Shown piece by piece: positions 58,033 to 64,000 of a DNA stretch of 64,000 nt (its first letter is position 1; the number at the start of each line of letters is the position of its first letter). A model generated the notes under the pieces. The model saw only the letters and a list, made by a program, of their open reading frames with translations. It was not told the DNA's origin and did no database searches. Origin of the DNA: Abditibacterium sp. (GTDB lineage: Bacteria; Armatimonadota; Abditibacteriia; Abditibacteriales; Abditibacteriaceae). The translations under genes were made by a program, and so were the position numbers. The stretch is from NCBI GenBank assembly GCA_965199495.1, contig CBDASK010000003.1, positions 416,001-480,000 on the forward strand, written 5' to 3'.

Positions 58033-58617
58033 TTATTTTGTGGTCTGCGCCAGTTGTTCGACGGCGCGGTCAACGGATTTGCGGACGAACTTCAGCAGCA
58101 CTTCGTCCAGGGGGATATTGCGCTTGCGGATGCCGCCGTGGAGCCACCAGACATCGCCCCAGTCGAGCGTGACTGTCTTCTGTGCCAGAATCCTTCCGGC
58201 AGCATCAACCAAGCAAATTCTGGTGGTGACAAACGTGCCTTTGCGTGTTAGAGCACGCCAGCCTATCACGCCAGGCGGCAATGAAATCGGTAGCGAAACG
58301 GTGCCCCTCACAAACACAGGGGCGGTTGTCGCTTGTATCGAAGCGACTTGCTCGACAGTCGGGGCGACGTGTCGCTTAAGCAACAGGCGCTCGGCGCGCT
58401 TGCCAGCTTCGATGCTCAACTTTTTGAGAATGGCGTCTTGATCTGCGCGCTCCGGTGAGCCTTCGAGGATTTGCGGCTCGATTGTGAAAGGAAGGACGGC
58501 AATTTTTTGCCAGCGTTGGCCACTTTGCGTGTCTTCTTTCGCGCTGGCAAAAGAAGACAATAGCAGCAAGCAAAGCAGAGAAAGTCCGTAAAGATGAACG
58601 GATTTGAGAATTTTCAT
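58033..58617 (-). CDS. Hypothetical exported protein
   Basis: Signal peptide, KIAVLPF motif; in operon. Confidence 0.65.
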   Translation of the reverse strand: MKILKSVHLYGLSLLCLLLLSSFASAKEDTQSGQRWQKIAVLPFTIEPQILEGSPERADQDAILKKLSIEAGKRAERLLLKRHVAPTVEQVASIQATTAPVFVRGTVSLPISLPPGVIGWRALTRKGTFVTTRICLVDAAGRILAQKTVTLDWGDVWWLHGGIRKRNIPLDEVLLKFVRKSVDRAVEQLAQTTK

Positions 58618-58642
58618 GAGATCGTTTTCCTGTTTGTCTACA

Positions 58643-58945
58643 TCAGTCTTCGTGTTCTCCGGTGCGGATTTTCACCGTGTCCTCGATGGGAATCACGAAC
58701 ATGCGCCCATCGCCCGACTTGCCGGTGTGAGCAGTTGCCTGAATCGCGCCCATCACGGCGCCGACGAGTTCGTCGGGCACCATAATTTCGAGCTTGGTTT
58801 TGGTGACCGTCTGGCGGTTGCCCGACTTCACGCTGATGCCCTGCACTTCGCCCACCGTCACGGCGGGCAAATCTCCGATTTGCTGCAACGCATCCAAAAC
58901 ATGGTTCAGCATGAACGGCTGAATGATGGCTTTGACTTCTTTCAT
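58643..58945 (-). CDS. PII-family protein with short T-loop
   Basis: MKEVKAIIQP, KTKLEI, TGKSGDGRMFV, IRTGE; AAGGAG RBS before ATG 58945. Confidence 0.9.
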   Translation of the reverse strand: MKEVKAIIQPFMLNHVLDALQQIGDLPAVTVGEVQGISVKSGNRQTVTKTKLEIMVPDELVGAVMGAIQATAHTGKSGDGRMFVIPIEDTVKIRTGEHED

Positions 58946-59023
58946 CTTGATTTCTCCTTTAAGGTAGTGCGCTCCAGCTTCGCGCAACGACGCTATTTGG
59001 CGTCGTTGCGCGAAGCTAAAAAT

Positions 59024-62000
59024 TTACACTTCGACATCCTGCGCTTCGTCGCGCTCGAACCAGTTGTAGAGCGTGGGCAACACGAACAGCGTCAAGATCG
59101 TGGACGTAATCAGCCCGCCGATGACCACCGTTGCGAGTGGCTTTTGCACTTCGCCGCCCGCGCCGTGTCCAAAGGCCATCGGGATGAAGCCAATCGAAGC
59201 GACGGTCGCCGTCATCAAAACCGGGCGCAATCGGGTTTCGCAGCCGCGCTGCACCGCTTCGCCCAGAGGCACGCCGCTTTGCCGCAGCTCATTGATGAAG
59301 GTCAGCAACACCACGCCGTTGAGAACGGCCACGCCGAACAGGGCGATAAAGCCGATGCCCGCCGAAAGCGAGAAATGCAACCCGCGCAGATAAAGCGCGA
59401 GGATGCCGCCCGTCACGGCGAAGGGAATACCGGTGAACACCAGAGCGGCTTGTTTGAGCGAGCCAAAGGTCGTGAAGAGCAACAAGAAGATGACCGCGAA
59501 GGTGATGGGCACCACGATCATCAAGCGCGCGCGGCCCGACTGCAACTTCTCGTAGGTGCCGCCGTATTCGACGCGATAGCCGGGCGGCAAAGCGACTCGC
59601 TGCGCGACGCGCTTTTGCAGCGCCTCCACGACCGTTCCCAGGTCGCTGCCGCGCACGTTCATTTGAACGACGGTGCGGCCTTCGCCGTTCTCGCGCGAGA
59701 GTTGAACCGGCCCATCGCTTTCCACGATGTCCGCGAGTTGGGCGAGCGGAACATCGGGGCCTGAGGGCGAGTGGATCAAAATGCGCCCGATGGACGCGGC
59801 ATCCGAGCGATACTGCGGCGCCAAACGCACCACGAGTGGAAAGCGGCGGTCGCCTTCGATGATGGTCGAAGCCTGTTTGCCGCCCAGGGCGCTTTCGACG
59901 ACGGAGTTCACATCAGAGATGCTCAGGCCGTGACGCGCCACCTCGTCGCGGTTGATTTTGATGTCGAGGAGCGGCAGACCGGCGGTGGTTTCGACCGACA
60001 CATCGACGGCGCCGGGAATTTTACGGGCGACATCGGCGATTTTGTCGGCAAATTTGGCGCGAACATCGCGGTCAGGGCCAAACAACTTGATGCCGACATC
60101 GCCCCGGATGCCCACGCCCTCGATGAGTTCGTTCATCCTCATCTCGATGGGCTGCGAGAACGTGGTGCCCACGCCGGGCAAGTCGCCCAGCACGCCCTCC
60201 ATCTTCTCTACGAGTTCGGCCTTGTCGTGCGCTCGCTTCCAGCCGCTCTGGGGTTTGAGAGAAATCAGCACGTCGCTTCCGCTGACCAGATCGGGGTCGG
60301 TCGCCAGTTCCGCCCGCCCGATGCGCGCGAACACAGTGTCGATCTCGTCGGGAAACTCGTCTTTGAGGTGACGGCTCAACACCGTTTGGCGCCACACCGC
60401 CTCTTCCAGAGAAATGCTCGCGGGATAGGTTGCCCGCACCGAAATCGAGCCTTCATCCAATTTGGGAATGAACTCCGAGCCGAGCAACGGAAACAGCGCC
60501 AAACAGCCGACCAGAAACAGGCTCGCCGCGCCGGTCGTGAGCCAGCGATGTTTGATGGTGCGCGCCAGAAGCGGCGCGTAACCGCGCCGCAACCGCTCCA
60601 ATACCGGGTTGTGCTTTTCAACTTTGACGTTGAGAAAAAAGGTGCAAAGCGCCGGAACAACGGTGAGCGAAATCACGACCGCGCCCAAGAGCGCGATGAT
60701 CACGGTTTGCCCCATCGGGCGGAACATCTTGCCTTCGATACCAACGAGCGTCAAAATCGGGATGTAGGCCGCGATGATGATGAACGTGCCGAAAACCGCA
60801 GGCTTGAGCACTTCGGTCGCCGCCTGCGCGATCACGCCTTCGCGCTCGCCTTGGGTGAGGTCGCGCCCCAGTTCGCCCCTTCGTTCGCTCAGCAAGCGGA
60901 TGGCGTTTTCGACGATGATGACCGCACCGTCCACGATGAGGCCAAAGTCCACTGCGCCCAGACTCATCAGGTTGGCCGAGATGCCGAAGTAGTTCATCCC
61001 GATGAGCGCAATGGCCATTGCGAGCGGAATCGCGCTCGACACAATCAACCCGGCCCGCAACTGAAGCAAGAACAGGAACAACACGGCGATGACCAGAACG
61101 CCGCCTTCGATGAGGTTGCGCGTCGCCGTCCCGATGGCGCGGCCAATCAGTTCGCTTCGGTCGAGAAAGCCGTTGAGCTTAAGTCCCGGTGGCAAGGTTT
61201 TCTGGATTTGCGCGACTTTGTGTTTCACGCGGTTCACCACGACGCGCCCGTTTTCGCCGAGCAAGAGCAGCGTGATGGCGTAGACCTGCTCGCCCTCGCC
61301 GTTGCGGATGGTGGCGCCCTGGCGCACCGCCGCGCCAAAACCGACCGTGCCGATGTCGCGGATTTTGACCGGCACGCCGTTTTCCGCCTTGATGACGATG
61401 TTGCCGATGTCGCTCACACTTCGCACCAAACCCGAACCGCGAATCAGTTCTTGTTCCGAGCCTTTGGTGATGTAGGCGCCGCCCGCGTTCCCGTTGCCAT
61501 TCTCCAGGGCCGTCAAAACTTCGCCCATATCCAGGCGCCGTGCCGCGAGTTTGGCCGGGTCAACTTGCACTTGATACTGCTTCGCCTCACCGCCCAGGGT
61601 GTTCACTTCGGCGAGGCCGGGAACGGTTCGTAGTTGAGGAGCGACCAGCCAGTCCATAATGGTGCGCCGCTCCATAAGCGAGTATTGTTTGGGCGATTTG
61701 GGGTCGTTGTCAAGCGAGATATAGTAGATTTCGCCCAGCCCCGTCGAAACCGGCGACAAGTCCACCGCCGAGCCTGTGGGAAGTTGTTCGCGCACCTCGT
61801 TCACCCGTTCATTGACGAGTTGGCGCGCGAAGTAGATGTCGGTCGCGTCGTCAAAAACGACCGTGACCTGCGACAAGCCGAACTGCGAAACCGAGCGCGT
61901 TTCCACCTGATGGGGCAGGCTGGACATGGCGATTTCAAGCGGAAAAGTGATCTGCCGCTCGATGTCTTCCGGGCCAAGCGAGGGCGACTTCACGTTGATT

Positions 62001-62143
62001 TGCACCTGCTTGTTGGTCACATCCGGCACGGCATCAATGGGCAGTTGCAGCGCCGAGTAGACGCCATAAGCTAACACCATGAAGGCAGCGATTAAGACGA
62101 ACACGCGCTGCTTGATGGAAAATTCGAGGATTTTTTGGATCAT
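59024..62143 (-). CDS. CzcA-family heavy-metal RND permease
   Basis: LPIDAVPDVT, NLMSLGAVDFGLIVDGAVIIVEN, RLRPVLMTA, QKPLATVVIGGL. Confidence 0.95.
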   Translation of the reverse strand: MIQKILEFSIKQRVFVLIAAFMVLAYGVYSALQLPIDAVPDVTNKQVQINVKSPSLGPEDIERQITFPLEIAMSSLPHQVETRSVSQFGLSQVTVVFDDATDIYFARQLVNERVNEVREQLPTGSAVDLSPVSTGLGEIYYISLDNDPKSPKQYSLMERRTIMDWLVAPQLRTVPGLAEVNTLGGEAKQYQVQVDPAKLAARRLDMGEVLTALENGNGNAGGAYITKGSEQELIRGSGLVRSVSDIGNIVIKAENGVPVKIRDIGTVGFGAAVRQGATIRNGEGEQVYAITLLLLGENGRVVVNRVKHKVAQIQKTLPPGLKLNGFLDRSELIGRAIGTATRNLIEGGVLVIAVLFLFLLQLRAGLIVSSAIPLAMAIALIGMNYFGISANLMSLGAVDFGLIVDGAVIIVENAIRLLSERRGELGRDLTQGEREGVIAQAATEVLKPAVFGTFIIIAAYIPILTLVGIEGKMFRPMGQTVIIALLGAVVISLTVVPALCTFFLNVKVEKHNPVLERLRRGYAPLLARTIKHRWLTTGAASLFLVGCLALFPLLGSEFIPKLDEGSISVRATYPASISLEEAVWRQTVLSRHLKDEFPDEIDTVFARIGRAELATDPDLVSGSDVLISLKPQSGWKRAHDKAELVEKMEGVLGDLPGVGTTFSQPIEMRMNELIEGVGIRGDVGIKLFGPDRDVRAKFADKIADVARKIPGAVDVSVETTAGLPLLDIKINRDEVARHGLSISDVNSVVESALGGKQASTIIEGDRRFPLVVRLAPQYRSDAASIGRILIHSPSGPDVPLAQLADIVESDGPVQLSRENGEGRTVVQMNVRGSDLGTVVEALQKRVAQRVALPPGYRVEYGGTYEKLQSGRARLMIVVPITFAVIFLLLFTTFGSLKQAALVFTGIPFAVTGGILALYLRGLHFSLSAGIGFIALFGVAVLNGVVLLTFINELRQSGVPLGEAVQRGCETRLRPVLMTATVASIGFIPMAFGHGAGGEVQKPLATVVIGGLITSTILTLFVLPTLYNWFERDEAQDVEV

Positions 62144-62145
62144 GA

Positions 62146-64000
62146 TTAATCTTCGTCCGCGAGTTCTCCTTTCATGGCCTGCGACTTGACCACGAACGCG
62201 CCTTGGGTCACGATCTTTTCGCCGGGCCGCAGCCCGTTTTGGATCGCGGTCTGGCCGTTTACGCTCGCGCCGACCTTCACCGGACGCGCCTCAAATTCAT
62301 GGGCTTTGCCGGTCGCCACGAACACGACGGTTTTGTCGTTCATCGTCTGCACCGCGTCCGAGGGCACGCTCACGCCGAGTTTTCCGGCGGGCGTGGCAAT
62401 CTGGCCGCGCGCGAACATTCCGGGCCGCAGATCGCCGGGATTATCGAGGAGGGCGCGCGCGGTCAGGGTGCGCGTTTCCGCGTCGAGTTGCGCCCCGATA
62501 AACGAAATGCGCCCCCGAAAAGTGCGACCGGGAAACGCGTCCACGTTCGCCGTGACCGGCGCGCCGACGCGAATGCGCGCCACGTCTTTCTCGTAAATCG
62601 CCGCTTCGATGGCGACGTTTGCCAGACTCACCAGCGTCATCAACTGCTTGTCGGCCTCGATGGTCTCGCCCTGCGCCACGTCGCGGCTTTGCACCACACC
62701 GGCAATCGGCGCGCGAATCGGCACCGAGGCGGTGCCATTGGGCGAACTTTTGAGCAGCGACAGCGCGCTGCGCGCCGCCGTGAGATCGGCCTGCGCGCCG
62801 TTATAGGCGCTTTGCGCCGCCTGAACCTGGGCGATGTTGTTGAGGTTCTGTCCTTGAATCCGCCTTTCGCGTTCGTAGGCGGCATTGGCGACTTCGAGCG
62901 TTTGGCGCGCTTTGTTCGAAGCGGTGCGCGCGTTTTCCAAGGCGCTCTGCGCGCCCGAAACTTCGCGGCGGTTGGCGATGTTTTGCCCGACGGTCGCGCG
63001 TTCACGCGCCAGAGCGATGCCCGCCAAGCGCACGCTTTCGCGCGCGCGCCTGAGTTCGGCCTCGCGCGTGGCTGCATCGGCGCGCGCACTCGCCAGGGCG
63101 CTTTGGGCCGCGCCGACTTCGGCGGTTCCCGCGACGTTAGAAGACGCTAATTTCTGTTGCCTTTGCAGCTCCTGTTGCGCGGTGTTCTCGTCGGCCTGCG
63201 CGGTTTGCAGACGCGCGGTCGCGGTGTCGAAGGCTTGCTGGGCCGCTTCCAAATCGCGCTGCGAAACCAGACCTTCGGCGGCCAATGATTTGGCGCGCGC
63301 GAGATTGGCGCGCGTGGTGGCGACTTCGCTCCCAGCCGCCGCGCGCGCCGACTGTGCCGCGACCAGAGCGCGCCCCGCTTCCTGCACCGGGCGCGCGACG
63401 TAAGCGCCGCCCGCCGCCAGTTGGCGACGGCGTTCGAGTTCTTGCGCCGCGCTTTGCGCGCTCGCGCGGGCGTTGGCCAAAGCGGCCTCGGCGCTACGCT
63501 GGGCTTCAGATGCGGCGGCGGATTGGGCGCGGGCCGCTTCGAGTGCGGGATTGGCGAAACTGCCCAGCTTGGCCTGTCTTTGCACGTTGTCCAAAGTAAC
63601 GCTCGCCTGACGCACGGCGGTTTCTTGCGCGCGCACATCGGCCTGAGCTTCGACCTGAGCGCGTCGCGCCGCTTCGACCGGCGCGCGCGAAAACACGCCC
63701 GCGCGCGCCTGTTTGTTGACGACGCTTAAATTCGATTGCGCGTTGTTGAAGCGCGCCAGGGCTTGAGCGTAAGCCGACTGCGCCTCGCCGATGGCGCGGC
63801 TTTCCACGATGGCCAAAACCTGACCTTGCGTCACGCGGTCGCCCTGCGAGACATTGAGGCGCGTCACGCGCCCCGGCACGAGGGAAGCCACGCGCGCCAC
63901 GCCATTGGGATCGGGCGCGATTTGGCCGTTGAACGGCACGCCGCCCGTCAGTTGCGAGACCGCAACCGGACTGATTTTCAGCCCGGCCAGACGCGCCGAT
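62146..64000 (-). CDS. RND periplasmic adaptor (CzcB-like), unusually long; 5' end beyond right edge
   Basis: Close paralog of 43161-45860 with the same extended helical hairpin; no plausible N-terminus inside the window. Confidence 0.9.
   Translation of the reverse strand, partial: SARLAGLKISPVAVSQLTGGVPFNGQIAPDPNGVARVASLVPGRVTRLNVSQGDRVTQGQVLAIVESRAIGEAQSAYAQALARFNNAQSNLSVVNKQARAGVFSRAPVEAARRAQVEAQADVRAQETAVRQASVTLDNVQRQAKLGSFANPALEAARAQSAAASEAQRSAEAALANARASAQSAAQELERRRQLAAGGAYVARPVQEAGRALVAAQSARAAAGSEVATTRANLARAKSLAAEGLVSQRDLEAAQQAFDTATARLQTAQADENTAQQELQRQQKLASSNVAGTAEVGAAQSALASARADAATREAELRRARESVRLAGIALARERATVGQNIANRREVSGAQSALENARTASNKARQTLEVANAAYERERRIQGQNLNNIAQVQAAQSAYNGAQADLTAARSALSLLKSSPNGTASVPIRAPIAGVVQSRDVAQGETIEADKQLMTLVSLANVAIEAAIYEKDVARIRVGAPVTANVDAFPGRTFRGRISFIGAQLDAETRTLTARALLDNPGDLRPGMFARGQIATPAGKLGVSVPSDAVQTMNDKTVVFVATGKAHEFEARPVKVGASVNGQTAIQNGLRPGEKIVTQGAFVVKSQAMKGELADED

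Noticed and set aside
59771..61633. 620-aa plus-strand ORF
   Set aside because: Antisense to czcA; typical GC-rich shadow with no motifs.

Overview
The window has two parts. (1) Positions 1 to ~36.2 kb look like an integrative, mobilizable element or genomic island. It has two large serine recombinases (1-1546 minus, running off the left edge; 23805-25421 plus), each preceded by a small ORF. It also carries a VirD4-like coupling protein and a Replic_Relax-type relaxase with no visible mating-pore genes, plus ParB, DUF932, a RecB-type nuclease, an XRE regulator, an Mrr-like nuclease and replication-like genes. Its cargo is conflict or defence related: a 13-kb, 10-gene co-directional operon (NrdG-like radical SAM, tandem EccA/SpoVK-type AAA+, degenerate Hsp70, two coiled-coil proteins, vWA-like, FGE-like, GAP1-like, TRAFAC GTPase, membrane protein), a TM protein + MBL + E2-E1-JAB ubiquitin-like module, and a pentapeptide-TIR protein. 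A palindrome GTTG-N8-CAAC sits upstream of five backbone transcription units (six with one mismatch), and three of these leaders share a further conserved boxA-like element. (2) Positions ~36.3-64 kb are a heavy-metal homeostasis island: two CusA/CzcA RND systems with exceptionally long periplasmic adaptors, TolC, multicopper oxidase, Csp/DUF326, P1B ATPase, ZIP, CDF-like transporter, a MerR-thioredoxin in-frame fusion, PII-like protein and CsoR-like operators. No rRNA, tRNA or CRISPR array was seen. All family calls come from motif recognition by eye, not database searches.
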